A stretch of 51,061 bases of DNA from an uncultured Opitutaceae bacterium (GCA_964583635.1 CAZOXB010000001.1:1-51061), one strand, 5' to 3'. Shown: positions 24,827 to 34,218, counted from the first letter of the stretch. A program made the numbers and translations. The notes: generated by a model not told the origin, from the sequence alone.

Positions 24827-25912
24827 CTATGCCACTTCGGGAATGACCGGCAGGCCGGTGTCGGCACTCTTCATTGCGGCAAAACAAAGGGCCAGGCTGG
24901 GCAGGTTGTTGCGCGCGGAGTTGCGCGGTTCACGGCCCTCCTCGATGGCACAGAGCAGTTCGCCGAGGCTGCCGCGGAATCCGTCGGGAAACCAGTTGCC
25001 CTCGAGCTTGACCTCGCTCTCCCCCGATGCGGTGAACAACTGCAACCGGTCCAGTCCGCAGATCGGGCCCGCACCGTGCAGGGTACCGGAGCTGCCGACG
25101 GCGGTGAGCTGTTCCAGCGGCCCGTGTCGTGAGTGGGCGCTGAAGCTTAGCGTGGCGAGTCCGTCACCGAATCCAACGGTCGCATGCGCGAGCATGGGCG
25201 GCTTCATTTCCTGACCCGGCGCTGGCGCCACCCCGGCAAACACCCGCTTCGCCGCCCGCCCGGCGAAGGTGCTGGCAACAATGTCGAACCAGTGAATGCC
25301 GAAATCATAGAGCACGAGATGGTGAATCTGCTCGAAGGGCGTGCCGCGGCACCAGGTGTGGTCCCAGCTCAGGGTGAGCGTCAGGCTGTGCAGCGGACCG
25401 AGCAGACCGGTGCGCACCGCCTGGAGCAGGTACGAAAAATAGGGCGCCCACTGGCCGTTCTGGTTGACCGCGAGCCTCCGGCCGACGGCGTCGGCGAGGT
25501 TGGCGAGCCGGATCCCGTCCGCAAGATCGAGCACGAAGGGTTTCTGCGACAGCACGTGTTTGCCGGCCCGCAGTGCCTCCTCGATGATCGGCACGCGGAC
25601 CGCCGGATGGGTGGCGATGTCGACAACCCCGATGTCGGTGCGTTCGAGGAGCCGGCGATAGTCCGCATAGACGTCCGCTCCCGGATAGAACTCGGCACGG
25701 CGCTTTTCGGCGGCCGGCAGGTTCAGGTCGGCAAAGGCGGCCACCTCGACTCCCAGCGAACGCGCCGCCTTGAGGTGGTGTTCGGTGATGCCGCCGCAGC
25801 CGATGAGCCCCATCCGGGGGCGCGGACCCCGCGGCACCGGCGGCCGGTAATCCAAGTCCGGAGCCGGGACCCGGCGGGTGCCTGCGGCTTTCAATTCGTA
25901 GTTGGAAGACAT
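24827..25912 (-). CDS. Gfo/Idh/MocA family oxidoreductase (cytoplasmic)
   Basis: N-terminal Rossmann motif RMGLIGCGGITEHHL...AFADLN, GKHVLSQKPF (the EKP-like motif), and a C-terminal alpha/beta domain. No signal peptide. Confidence 0.85.
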   Translation of the reverse strand: MSSNYELKAAGTRRVPAPDLDYRPPVPRGPRPRMGLIGCGGITEHHLKAARSLGVEVAAFADLNLPAAEKRRAEFYPGADVYADYRRLLERTDIGVVDIATHPAVRVPIIEEALRAGKHVLSQKPFVLDLADGIRLANLADAVGRRLAVNQNGQWAPYFSYLLQAVRTGLLGPLHSLTLTLSWDHTWCRGTPFEQIHHLVLYDFGIHWFDIVASTFAGRAAKRVFAGVAPAPGQEMKPPMLAHATVGFGDGLATLSFSAHSRHGPLEQLTAVGSSGTLHGAGPICGLDRLQLFTASGESEVKLEGNWFPDGFRGSLGELLCAIEEGREPRNSARNNLPSLALCFAAMKSADTGLPVIPEVA

Positions 25913-25930
25913 GGGAAACGGCGACGGAGC

Positions 25931-26995
25931 TCAGCCGATCAACGGTACGGTGCGGCCCAGGCGCGCGCTGCGCACCGCACTGTCGACGATCTGCTGACCG
26001 ATGCGGGCGATGCGGGGCGACAGGGGGCCGTCCACCTTGCGTCCTGTATCCAAACAATGGAGCACGTGGGCAATCGGATTGTGGTGCGGTGCGGAAAGGG
26101 TGTCGACCGCCACATCCTTCCCCTCGGGAATCTCGCGGGTCTGAAGCCGGATCGTCGGCTCAAGGTCGTAGCTGGACAGGGTGCCGTGTTCGCCGACGAG
26201 GACAAAGCCGCATTTCGGCTGGGGCTGCAGGTGCCAGGGGTCGGTGAACGTGCCCCACCGTGTTTCAAACTTGGAGAGGCCCGTGGTGTAGCGGGCCACC
26301 GTGATGCTGTGCTCGTCCACCTCCAGCCCGGGCGGCTGGTCCACCACCGTGGTGACATCGATCGGCTTGCGTCCGTTCATGAACCAGGTGCCGAGGGTCG
26401 TGCCGTAGCCAAGGTAGTCGAGGAGGGATCCTCCGCCGGCGCGCTGCTGATAGAACCAACTGGCCGATTTGCGTCCGGGTCTTGTCTCGACCTTGCCGGC
26501 GCCGTGCCGGAGTGGGCCGCGATTGCCGTCATAATAGTGGACCTGGAGCACCCTGCCGATGGCACCACCGTCGATCAGCCGCTTGGCGGTGACGTGGGAT
26601 GGGTACCAGCGCAGCGGCCAGTTGATGATCAGCTGGCGGCCGGTCTTCGCCATCGCCGCGATCATGGCGTCGGCCTGGGCCAGGGTGGCCGCAAACGGCT
26701 TTTCGACCAGCACGTGCGTCCGGTAGGGTGCGACGCGCCGGGTCCAGAGCGCGTGTTCGGCCGTCGCCGGGCAGAGCAACACCAGATCGGGGCGGGTCTT
26801 CTCCAGGCAGGCGCGATAGTCGGTGAAGACGCGGTCGTCGGGGATCGACAGTTCCTGGCGAGCGCGGGCCATGCGTGAAGGCGTTTCATCACAAATGCCC
26901 ACAATCTCGACCGAGGGATGTTCATGCGCCTGGCGCAGGAGGTCCCCCATGTGCATGTGATCAAAATTGATACCGGCGATTTTCCAGCGTTTCAT
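25931..26995 (-). CDS. Gfo/Idh/MocA family oxidoreductase (cytoplasmic)
   Basis: MKRWKIAGINFDHMHMGDLL...VEIVGICDE..., HVLVEKPFA. Start moved to ATG 26995. Confidence 0.85.
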   Translation of the reverse strand: MKRWKIAGINFDHMHMGDLLRQAHEHPSVEIVGICDETPSRMARARQELSIPDDRVFTDYRACLEKTRPDLVLLCPATAEHALWTRRVAPYRTHVLVEKPFAATLAQADAMIAAMAKTGRQLIINWPLRWYPSHVTAKRLIDGGAIGRVLQVHYYDGNRGPLRHGAGKVETRPGRKSASWFYQQRAGGGSLLDYLGYGTTLGTWFMNGRKPIDVTTVVDQPPGLEVDEHSITVARYTTGLSKFETRWGTFTDPWHLQPQPKCGFVLVGEHGTLSSYDLEPTIRLQTREIPEGKDVAVDTLSAPHHNPIAHVLHCLDTGRKVDGPLSPRIARIGQQIVDSAVRSARLGRTVPLIG

Positions 26996-27026
26996 GAGGC
27001 TTCGGGGAGATGTTTTGAAATGGCAA

Positions 27027-27989
27027 TCATCCCCGTGGGATGCTGAATGCGAAGGCTTCGGCCGGGGTGGTGACAAAGATGCGGTGCAAGTCATGCTCGG
27101 TCAAACCGGCGGAGCGGAGCTGGGAGGAGAACGTGGTCAGAAGATAACAGAGTCCGGGCGCTCCGCCGTGACTGGTCCAGTAGCTTCTCCGTGCTGCATC
27201 CATGCCGAGCATGATCTGATCGGGAAAGTCCCGGAGGAGGTTCAGAACCAGATCCAGCGTGGGATTGCCGGCGTCCGCCTTCCAGCGAAACGCGCTGTCG
27301 TATTCCACCCGCACACCCGTGGCGAGGATGTCGCGATGATAGTTCCGATCCGGCCGGCGATCGAGATGCGACAGCACCACGTGGCGCAGATTGACACCCG
27401 CAGAGCGCAGTGTCTCGACCTGCTCCAGCCCGAGTTCCCCCTGCTCCGTATGGGTCAGGATCGGTGCACCCGTGCGGCGGTGGGCCTCCGCGGCGGCGAG
27501 GAAGAGGTTGTGTTCCCGTGGGGTGAACTGGGTGCCGGTTGCGATCTTGATGATGCCGGCCCGATGGGGAGTGCGTTGGACGCACGGACCGCCGTAATCG
27601 AAGCGGTCGATTCCCTGGTCGATGTCGTCGACGAACAGGTCTGTGAGTGCCTCTGCTCCGAGCAGGCCGCCCCAGTGCCCGGGTGGATAGTACTTGGCGA
27701 GATGGAGTCCGGTCGGGGCGATCACGTGGACCGCCGCGCGTCGCGACAACTCGGCGAGTTTGAGGGCGTTGCGGCCGGAGTCGCAGGGCATCGAATCGAC
27801 CAGTGCCCGTCCGCCGGCGGCGCGGAAACGCAGCAGTTCCTCCACGGCGCGATCCACGTCAGAGAGCTCGAAATCCGGCGTCACGAAGGTGGTGAAGCTC
27901 GGATCGATGATGAGATGCTCGTGGGCGTAGGTGACCCCGAGTGCGGAGGCGGTGATGTCGCCCAGGACGGTGCGGATGAATGCGGTCAT
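27027..27989 (-). CDS. Phosphotriesterase-family (PHP / amidohydrolase COG1735) protein, likely a lactonase
   Basis: MTAFIRTVLGDITASALGVTYAHEHLIIDPS (metal-binding HxH) and later ILTHTE..., VVLSHLD. About 320 aa. Start moved to ATG 27989. Confidence 0.8.
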   Translation of the reverse strand: MTAFIRTVLGDITASALGVTYAHEHLIIDPSFTTFVTPDFELSDVDRAVEELLRFRAAGGRALVDSMPCDSGRNALKLAELSRRAAVHVIAPTGLHLAKYYPPGHWGGLLGAEALTDLFVDDIDQGIDRFDYGGPCVQRTPHRAGIIKIATGTQFTPREHNLFLAAAEAHRRTGAPILTHTEQGELGLEQVETLRSAGVNLRHVVLSHLDRRPDRNYHRDILATGVRVEYDSAFRWKADAGNPTLDLVLNLLRDFPDQIMLGMDAARRSYWTSHGGAPGLCYLLTTFSSQLRSAGLTEHDLHRIFVTTPAEAFAFSIPRG

Positions 27990-28027
27990 GGCGGGGCGGC
28001 GATCGCGCGGGTGGACGCGGCGTGCTG

Positions 28028-28918
28028 TCAGGCCTTTGTGGGAAACAGTGGGCGCAGGTAATCGACGTCGTGCCTGAGGCTTGCCTCGAGACCGAGGGGC
28101 AGCTGCGTGCCCTCGACGCCGAGCCATCCCCGGTAGCCCGTGGCGTCGCAGGCTGCACGGACGGCGGGGAAATCGATCGAACCCTGGCCATAGAGATTGG
28201 CGTAGTCCTTGAGGTGGATCTCGCAGATGCGCTCGCGGCCGAGGCGGCGGATGGCGGCACCGTAGTCCTCTCCCACCTTGTGCATGTTCCCGACGTCATA
28301 GTAGACCTGCACTGCGGAGGAGTTCACCGCGTCGAGGATGCGCTCAAGTTCCGCGACCTTGAGCCAGGATTCGATGCCGAGAATCACCCCGTGGTCGGCC
28401 GCACGCGGTGCCGCGGCACGGAGCCGGCGGATCGTCTCCTGAACGCCCGGGGAATCGCCCACCAGATCGTTCTTTGAGAAGAACGCCAGAAGCACCACCC
28501 GCGCACCGAGCTTGCGAACGACGGGCAGACCTTCGATGACCCAGGACTCCGTCTCCGGTACGGATTTGTACGGAACCGAATTCAGCACGCCGAACGCCAG
28601 CGAGGAAATCGCCACACCCTGTTCCCGCGAAGCCGCGAGGATGCGCTCCTGATGCGCCGGCGCGAGCAGCGGCGGCCGGGTCTCACCGGCACCGATCCTT
28701 CCAAAGTCCACCTGCACACCGTCAAAGCCGATCGAGCGGGCGAGGGCAAAGGATCCCGGATCCGATGTCTTGCGAAGGGTCCAGTCACAGACGAACAGGG
28801 AGAAGCCGCTTCTGCGGGCGGCCGCCACCGCCGCGGCCCGATCCGGACGCGCCAATGCGAAGGCGGCTGCGGAGCCGGCGGAGGTCTTCAGGAAGGAGCG
28901 TCGTGTCAGCGGGGACAT
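28028..28918 (-). CDS. Tat-exported xylose isomerase-like TIM-barrel protein (sugar phosphate isomerase/epimerase family)
   Basis: Canonical twin-arginine leader MSPLTRRSFLKTSAGSAAAFALA. TIM-barrel family pattern (GFDGVQVDF, ILGIESW, CEIHLKD, WLGVEG). Confidence 0.8.
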   Translation of the reverse strand: MSPLTRRSFLKTSAGSAAAFALARPDRAAAVAAARRSGFSLFVCDWTLRKTSDPGSFALARSIGFDGVQVDFGRIGAGETRPPLLAPAHQERILAASREQGVAISSLAFGVLNSVPYKSVPETESWVIEGLPVVRKLGARVVLLAFFSKNDLVGDSPGVQETIRRLRAAAPRAADHGVILGIESWLKVAELERILDAVNSSAVQVYYDVGNMHKVGEDYGAAIRRLGRERICEIHLKDYANLYGQGSIDFPAVRAACDATGYRGWLGVEGTQLPLGLEASLRHDVDYLRPLFPTKA

Positions 28919-28946
28919 GATGGCATCTGGAGTTGAGCCGGCGCCC

Positions 28947-30176
28947 CTACTCGGCGAGGCCGGAAAGATCGGGCTTGAGCACGGCGCGGGATGCCATGAG
29001 TTCCTTCCAGGTCACCCGGCGATTCTCATACCCGGCGGTGCGGCCGAGCACGGCGACGAGGGTGCTGGTCACGCTCGGCTCCACGGTGGTGTTGGCGACA
29101 TCCCGCTGCAGGACTTGCTGGTGGAAATCCCGGATGTTGGTGATCGGACCCTCCTTGTAGATTTCCCGCGTCTCGCCGCCGCGGTAGTAGTCCTCCTTGC
29201 CGGCGCGCAGCATCACAAGACCGCCATACTTGCTGTTGAAGACGCCGCCCTTGGTGCCGAACATCTGGTTGATGATCCCACCGGGTTCGCCCGAGGCATC
29301 GAACTGCCGGGAGCTGAAGGTCACGCCGATATGATTGGCGTATTCGTAGGTCAGGGTGAAATGGTCCCAATTGTCCCCGACATCCACGCGTACGCTCCGT
29401 CCTCCGGTGCCGCAGCAATGCACCGGCGGCGCGTCACGAAACAGCCAGCTCATGACATCGAGGGTGTGGACATTCTGTTCGACAATGATGTCCCCGGACA
29501 GTGCGCGATCTAACACCCAGTTGTGCAGACGAGCCTCCTGGGTGCCGGGCGGCGCCTTGAGCGGAAGCCGCCGCGCGTGATAGGAGGCCGAGCCGAAGAC
29601 GAGGTCCCCGATGGCGCCCGCATGAACCCTGCGGACCGCCTCCTTGTAGAACTCGTTCGCCCGGGTCTGGAAATCCACGAGGAACACCAGGCCGCGACGC
29701 CGGGCCTCGGTATTCGAGCGGCGTATCGAAAGGCAGCCCGGCACATCCACCGCCACGGGCTTTGCGAGATAGACGTGCAGGCCCGCATCAACGGCCGCCT
29801 TGACCTGGGTGGGGTGAAAGTACGGCGGGCTGATGATGGCGACGGCATCAAGTCCGCCCTGGGCGATCATCTTCTCCGCGCACTTCAATCCGGTAAAGAG
29901 CCGGCCTGGAGCCAAGTGGTAGGTTTCGGCGAGCTTGTCGACGCGTTCCTTGAAGTAGTCCGCGACCGCGGCAATCTCATAGCCGCCGTGTTCCGCGAAG
30001 AGACCGGCGATCCACTCACCGCGTCCGCCGCAGCCGATGAGGCCGAGCCTGAGACGGGAGTTGGCGGCTGTCCCTTGGGCGATGGAGCGGCTGAGGGTGG
30101 AAACGGCGGCCAGGCCAAGTCCGGTTTGAGTGAGAAATCGGCGGCGGGGGATGTCGGGGACGGATGGGTTGTTCAT
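28947..30176 (-). CDS. Tat-exported Gfo/Idh/MocA family oxidoreductase
   Basis: Leader MNNPSVPDIPRRRFLTQTGLGLAAVSTLS. Rossmann motif LRLGLIGCGGRGEW. HVYLAKPVA. About 409 aa. Confidence 0.85.
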   Translation of the reverse strand: MNNPSVPDIPRRRFLTQTGLGLAAVSTLSRSIAQGTAANSRLRLGLIGCGGRGEWIAGLFAEHGGYEIAAVADYFKERVDKLAETYHLAPGRLFTGLKCAEKMIAQGGLDAVAIISPPYFHPTQVKAAVDAGLHVYLAKPVAVDVPGCLSIRRSNTEARRRGLVFLVDFQTRANEFYKEAVRRVHAGAIGDLVFGSASYHARRLPLKAPPGTQEARLHNWVLDRALSGDIIVEQNVHTLDVMSWLFRDAPPVHCCGTGGRSVRVDVGDNWDHFTLTYEYANHIGVTFSSRQFDASGEPGGIINQMFGTKGGVFNSKYGGLVMLRAGKEDYYRGGETREIYKEGPITNIRDFHQQVLQRDVANTTVEPSVTSTLVAVLGRTAGYENRRVTWKELMASRAVLKPDLSGLAE

Positions 30177-30254
30177 GATGGAAAAGGGAAAATCGCGGAG
30201 CGGCCGGGCGGGATGGGAGCGTCGTGGCGGAGCGTCATGGGGAATGTCCGCATT

Positions 30255-31046
30255 CTAGCCTGGCGTGGATCCCACGGCCGCATAAAGGCGGGCGAGCCGG
30301 TGGGCGTGTTCGTCGTAGGCCGATTCGAAGAGGGTGGTGGCGCGTTCCGCGCCCACCACAGCGGCGCTGCTCAGGACCTTGGGAGGATGACCGGCGGCGG
30401 TGAGGCGGGCGGCGGTTTCGGCCTTCAGGGAGTTGATCAGAAGGCATCCCCCGACGGTGGAGCCCGGGGCCACCGGTGTATCCAATCCCTGGATCGTCAC
30501 CATGGCATCGCCGACCGGTGCCCCCGTGTCGAGGACAAGATCGGCGACGTCCGAGAGTTTGATGCCGCGCGCGTGGCGCGAGGTGGAGGCGTCGAGGTGG
30601 CGCCGGCTCACGATGGCCACAACCCGGATCTTCCGCGCACGGAAGCCTTCGGCGATTTCGATCGGCACCACGTTGCATCCGCTGGAGGAAATGACGAGGG
30701 CGGTGTCGAGGTCGGACAAATCGAAGTTGCGGAGAATGCGGGCGGCGAGTCCGGAGACGTTCTCAAGAAACATGGCCTGACGCTGTCCGTTGGCCCCGAC
30801 GACCAGATTGTGAAACGAGAGCGAGAGCTCGACGATCGGGTTGAAACCGGGAAAGGAACCGTAGCGCGGCCACATCTCCTCGACCATGATGCGTGAGTGT
30901 CCCGAGCCGAAGACGTGCACCATCCGTCCGGCGAGGATGGTTCCGGCGAACCAGTCGGCTGCGGTGCGGATGGCACCGGATTGGGCGCCGACCAGATCTA
31001 TCAGCTCGCGACAACGGGCGAGAAAATCGTCTGTGGGGGAGTGCAT
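30255..31046 (-). CDS. SIS (sugar isomerase) domain protein, UPF0309-like
   Basis: MHSPTDDFLARCRELIDLV...GRMVHVFGSGHSRIMVEEMWPRYGSFPGF...ALVISSSGCNVVPIE. Start ATG 31046 overlaps the 3' end of the ROK gene by 46 nt. Confidence 0.7.
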   Translation of the reverse strand: MHSPTDDFLARCRELIDLVGAQSGAIRTAADWFAGTILAGRMVHVFGSGHSRIMVEEMWPRYGSFPGFNPIVELSLSFHNLVVGANGQRQAMFLENVSGLAARILRNFDLSDLDTALVISSSGCNVVPIEIAEGFRARKIRVVAIVSRRHLDASTSRHARGIKLSDVADLVLDTGAPVGDAMVTIQGLDTPVAPGSTVGGCLLINSLKAETAARLTAAGHPPKVLSSAAVVGAERATTLFESAYDEHAHRLARLYAAVGSTPG

Positions 31047-31951
31047 GAGGACGAGGAGGCAAGGGAAAGTTGCGCCTGACGGGCGGCACCGTAGGCGCCG
31101 GCGACATCGCCCAGGAGCGTGGTGGCCAGCCGGACACGCATTCCACCGGGGCGCCATTCCAGCGGGTCCATCGCCCGGCGCAGGGGGTCGAGCAGCGTGT
31201 TCCCGGCCCGGGAGATTCCGCCCCCGAGGAGAATGATTTCGGGATCGACGACGTTGACGAGGGAGACGATCCCGGCGGCGAGGTCCCTTGTCAGGCGACT
31301 CCAGAGTTCCACGGCGTGAGGCAGACCGCGTTCGACATCGGCGGCCAGGGCCGCGGTGTCGTGATAGCGTCCGCCGGACCGTTCGTCCAGCGTGTGATTA
31401 CCGACCGCATCCTCGAGGCTGCCTGGCGTGCCCACGATGTCGGGTCGCCCCGCTGAGTTGAGGGTGATGTGCCCGACATGTCCGGCACGGCCGAGGTGGC
31501 CATGCAGCAGGCGTCCGTCACACATCACCGCGCCGCCGACGCCGGTGCCGAGGGTGATCAGCAGCACATTGCGTCTGCCGGCTGCCGCTCCGCGCCAGAC
31601 TTCACCGAGCAGCGCGGCGTGGGCGTCGTTGAGCACGGGCACCGGGCGCGGCGAGGCGAGGTGGCTGGTCCAGTCAAGGCCCTCGAGGCCGGGCAGGCGA
31701 CCGGGCATATGGGCGATCGATTTTCCGTCCGCGGCCGCGAGGCCCGGTGCGGCGATGCCGATGCCAAGGGCGGGGCCGAGCCGGCCCTGCAGGTCGTCAA
31801 CCAGTGACCGGACCCTTGCGGCCCATTCCGCGCCATCCGATCCCGCGATCAGACGGTCAATTTCGACCCCCTCCTCCGACAGCGCGAGGACCTTGATGCG
31901 GGTGCCGCCGAGATCGACACCGATGAGGTAGGGTGCCGATCGGAGAGTCAT
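31001..31951 (-). CDS. ROK family sugar kinase
   Basis: YLIGVDLGGTRIKVLAL (the DxGGT motif), GHLGRAGHVGHITL (ROK signature region), ILLGGGISRAG. Start ATG 31951 overlaps the SDR stop (ATGA). Confidence 0.8.
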   Translation of the reverse strand: MTLRSAPYLIGVDLGGTRIKVLALSEEGVEIDRLIAGSDGAEWAARVRSLVDDLQGRLGPALGIGIAAPGLAAADGKSIAHMPGRLPGLEGLDWTSHLASPRPVPVLNDAHAALLGEVWRGAAAGRRNVLLITLGTGVGGAVMCDGRLLHGHLGRAGHVGHITLNSAGRPDIVGTPGSLEDAVGNHTLDERSGGRYHDTAALAADVERGLPHAVELWSRLTRDLAAGIVSLVNVVDPEIILLGGGISRAGNTLLDPLRRAMDPLEWRPGGMRVRLATTLLGDVAGAYGAARQAQLSLASSSSCTPPQTIFSPVVAS

Positions 31952-32742
31952 GGTATTTGACCCTCGGATACGGACCATCCGCCGTCAACGGCGAGCACCT
32001 GTCCCGTGACAAATGCGGAGGCGTCCGAGAGAAAGTAGACCGCGGCGCCGTCGCAATCGGCCGGGTGCCCGATGCGGCCGCCGTCGAGCGGTTGTTTGGT
32101 GCGGATGAAGGTGCGGATGGTTTCATCGCCCGCCGCCCTGCGCGCCATGGGAGTCTCGACCAGCGCCGGTGCGATGACGTTGGCCCGGATATTGGAGGAC
32201 GCGTAATAGGAGGCGATTGAGCGGGTGAAGCCGATCACTGCGGACTTGGTGGCGGCGTAGCCGTGGGTGCCGAAGAAGCGGGGCGAGGGCGAATGACCCA
32301 GAACCGAGCTCATGTTGAGCACGGCTCCGCCGCCGCCCTGGGCGAGAAACTGGCGAACGGCGGCGCGGTTCGAGTAGACGAGCGAGGTGAGGTTGAGCTC
32401 GACGGTGGCGTGCCAGCCCTCGTCGGTCAGTTCGTGCAGGGGTCCGTCGCCCATCCGCCGTCCGCTGCCGCCGGCCACATGGTAAAGCCCGTCCAGCCGG
32501 CCGAAGGCCTCCACCGCGCGGGCGATGGCGCGCTGCGAGGTGTCGGCCAGGGCGGCGTCGCCGATCACCACCTGCCCTGCCGGGCCCAGCGCGGCTCCCG
32601 CGGTTGCGGCGCTCTCCGCCGAGCGCCCGACGACCACGACACGGGCGCCGGCGTTCACAAAAGCCTGGGCGGCGGAAAAACCGAGACCCGTGGTGCCGCC
32701 AATGACGGCAATGACTTTTCCGGCCAGGGAGGACGTGGTCAT
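31948..32742 (-). CDS. SDR family oxidoreductase
   Basis: LAGKVIAVIGGTTGLGFSAAQAF (TGxxxGxG) and YAATKSAV (YxxxK). Start taken at ATG 32742; ATG 32781 is an alternative. Confidence 0.85.
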   Translation of the reverse strand: MTTSSLAGKVIAVIGGTTGLGFSAAQAFVNAGARVVVVGRSAESAATAGAALGPAGQVVIGDAALADTSQRAIARAVEAFGRLDGLYHVAGGSGRRMGDGPLHELTDEGWHATVELNLTSLVYSNRAAVRQFLAQGGGGAVLNMSSVLGHSPSPRFFGTHGYAATKSAVIGFTRSIASYYASSNIRANVIAPALVETPMARRAAGDETIRTFIRTKQPLDGGRIGHPADCDGAAVYFLSDASAFVTGQVLAVDGGWSVSEGQIP

Positions 32743-32886
32743 CGTGACAGCGAACGGACGTCGTGCCGCGATGACAATCATTACAAGATCGACATGTCCA
32801 AAAACTGATATGATTACACGGCCCCATGGCCGGCCCGCACGGCCTTGCCGTCACCCTCATGAAGCGGAAGCGGGTCGATGGGACGC

Positions 32887-32912
32887 GGCATCCGCCACCG
32901 GCGGCGGATGCC
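32887..32912 (-). terminator. GC-rich hairpin downstream of the ABC ATPase gene (no U-tract)
   Basis: GGCATCCGCC-ACCGGC-GGCGGATGCC: a perfect 10-bp stem with a 6-nt loop, 18 nt after the stop at 32930. Confidence 0.3.
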
Positions 32913-32929
32913 GGCTGGTTCGGTCGCGT

Positions 32930-33907
32930 TCACCGCGAGAAGATCTTCCCGATGATGTTCTCGAGAGGCTCTTCCTCAATGGTGATGTCCGCCACCGCCG
33001 TTACGGACATGATTTCCTGGATGGCCCGCATGAGGGATTCGGCACCGACGTTTACCGTGATTTTTCCAGTGTCGGCATTCCGGCTGGTTTCGCCATAGGC
33101 CGATTTCCAGCCTGCGGGAAATGCGGTCGGGTCCTGGGGAAGGAAGGTCACCTGGCGGGCTTTCGCCGTCCGGTCCCCGTCCAGCCGGGACAGGGGGCCG
33201 TCGTAGACCTTGGAGCCCTTGTGGATGATGATCACCCGTGCGCACAGCTCCTCGATGTCGGCCATATAGTGGCTTGTCAGGAGAATGGTGACCTTGTGCT
33301 TCTGGTTGTATTGCCGGAGGAAATTGCGGACCGCCTTCTGGGAAACAATGTCGAGTCCGATGGTGGGTTCGTCGAGAAACAGGATCCGCGGCTTGTGCAG
33401 GAGAGCGGCGATCAGCTCCATCTTCATGCGCTCGCCGAGCGAAAGCTCGCGGACCATCACGGCGAGCTTGTCGGCCACACCGAGCAGGGAAACGAGCTCG
33501 TCGAGCGTCTCGCGATAGTCCTTTGCCGGCAGGTCGTAGATGTGACGCAACAGCGTGAAGGATTCGTTCGCAGGAAGGTCCCACCAGAGTTGGTTTTTCT
33601 GGCCAAGGACCAGCGAAAAGATGCGACGGTAGGCGTTCTCGCGCCGGCTCGGATCGAATCCGGCAATCCGGGCGGAGCCGTGGGTCGGATAGATGAGGCC
33701 AGCGAGCATTTTCAGGGTGGTGGTCTTGCCCGCGCCGTTGGGTCCCAGGAAGCCGACAAATTCGCCCTCACCGATGGTGAAACTGATGTCCCGGGCCGCC
33801 CAGGTCTCCTCGTACTTCCGGTTGAACAGTCCCGCCACGCCACCCCAGAAGCCGGGGCGCTTCTTGTAGGTGCGAAAGACTCGACTCAGGTTGTGGACTT
33901 CGATCAT
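32930..33907 (-). CDS. ABC transporter ATP-binding protein (ABC-2 type with C-terminal extension); no permease gene nearby
   Basis: Walker A GPNGAGKTTT, signature LSLGERMKMELIAA, Walker B ILFLDEPTIGLD. About 325 aa. Start moved to ATG 33907 (MIEVHNLSRVF). Confidence 0.85.
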   Translation of the reverse strand: MIEVHNLSRVFRTYKKRPGFWGGVAGLFNRKYEETWAARDISFTIGEGEFVGFLGPNGAGKTTTLKMLAGLIYPTHGSARIAGFDPSRRENAYRRIFSLVLGQKNQLWWDLPANESFTLLRHIYDLPAKDYRETLDELVSLLGVADKLAVMVRELSLGERMKMELIAALLHKPRILFLDEPTIGLDIVSQKAVRNFLRQYNQKHKVTILLTSHYMADIEELCARVIIIHKGSKVYDGPLSRLDGDRTAKARQVTFLPQDPTAFPAGWKSAYGETSRNADTGKITVNVGAESLMRAIQEIMSVTAVADITIEEEPLENIIGKIFSR

Positions 33908-33918
33908 GGGCCTGCCGT

Positions 33919-34218
33919 TCAGGTGGTATAGGTCATGTCCTTGTACTGAATCCTGCCCTGTTCCATCAGCTTGTGAAAATGGGCGCGCACATGGCGCGCG
34001 CCCTTGGGATGGTGCAGCGCCTGGCAAAGATCGTTGATGTGGTACACGCGGTTGGAGGCGATGTAGCCGAGGATGGCGGCATCCAGTTCCTCGTCGGAGG
34101 GAAGATTGTCATTTCCAGGCAGGACAAGCGGTTCCCCCATCGCCGGCTTGCGTCGCATGGCCTGCCAAAGCACGACGGTGATGCATCCGGCGAGAAAGGC
34201 GATCAGGTGCGTGATCAT
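33919..34218 (-). CDS. Hypothetical small protein: N-terminal TM helix plus winged-helix-like C-terminal half
   Basis: MITHLIAFLAGCITVVLWQAM (TM helix), then DAAILGYIASNRVYHINDLCQALHHPKGARHVRAHFHKLMEQGRIQ (wHTH-like pattern by eye). Ends 11 nt before the ABC ATPase start. Confidence 0.4.
   Translation of the reverse strand: MITHLIAFLAGCITVVLWQAMRRKPAMGEPLVLPGNDNLPSDEELDAAILGYIASNRVYHINDLCQALHHPKGARHVRAHFHKLMEQGRIQYKDMTYTT

Noticed and set aside
25184-26878. 564-aa plus-strand ORF
   Set aside because: It is antisense to two Gfo/Idh/MocA genes that have Rossmann and EKP-like motifs.
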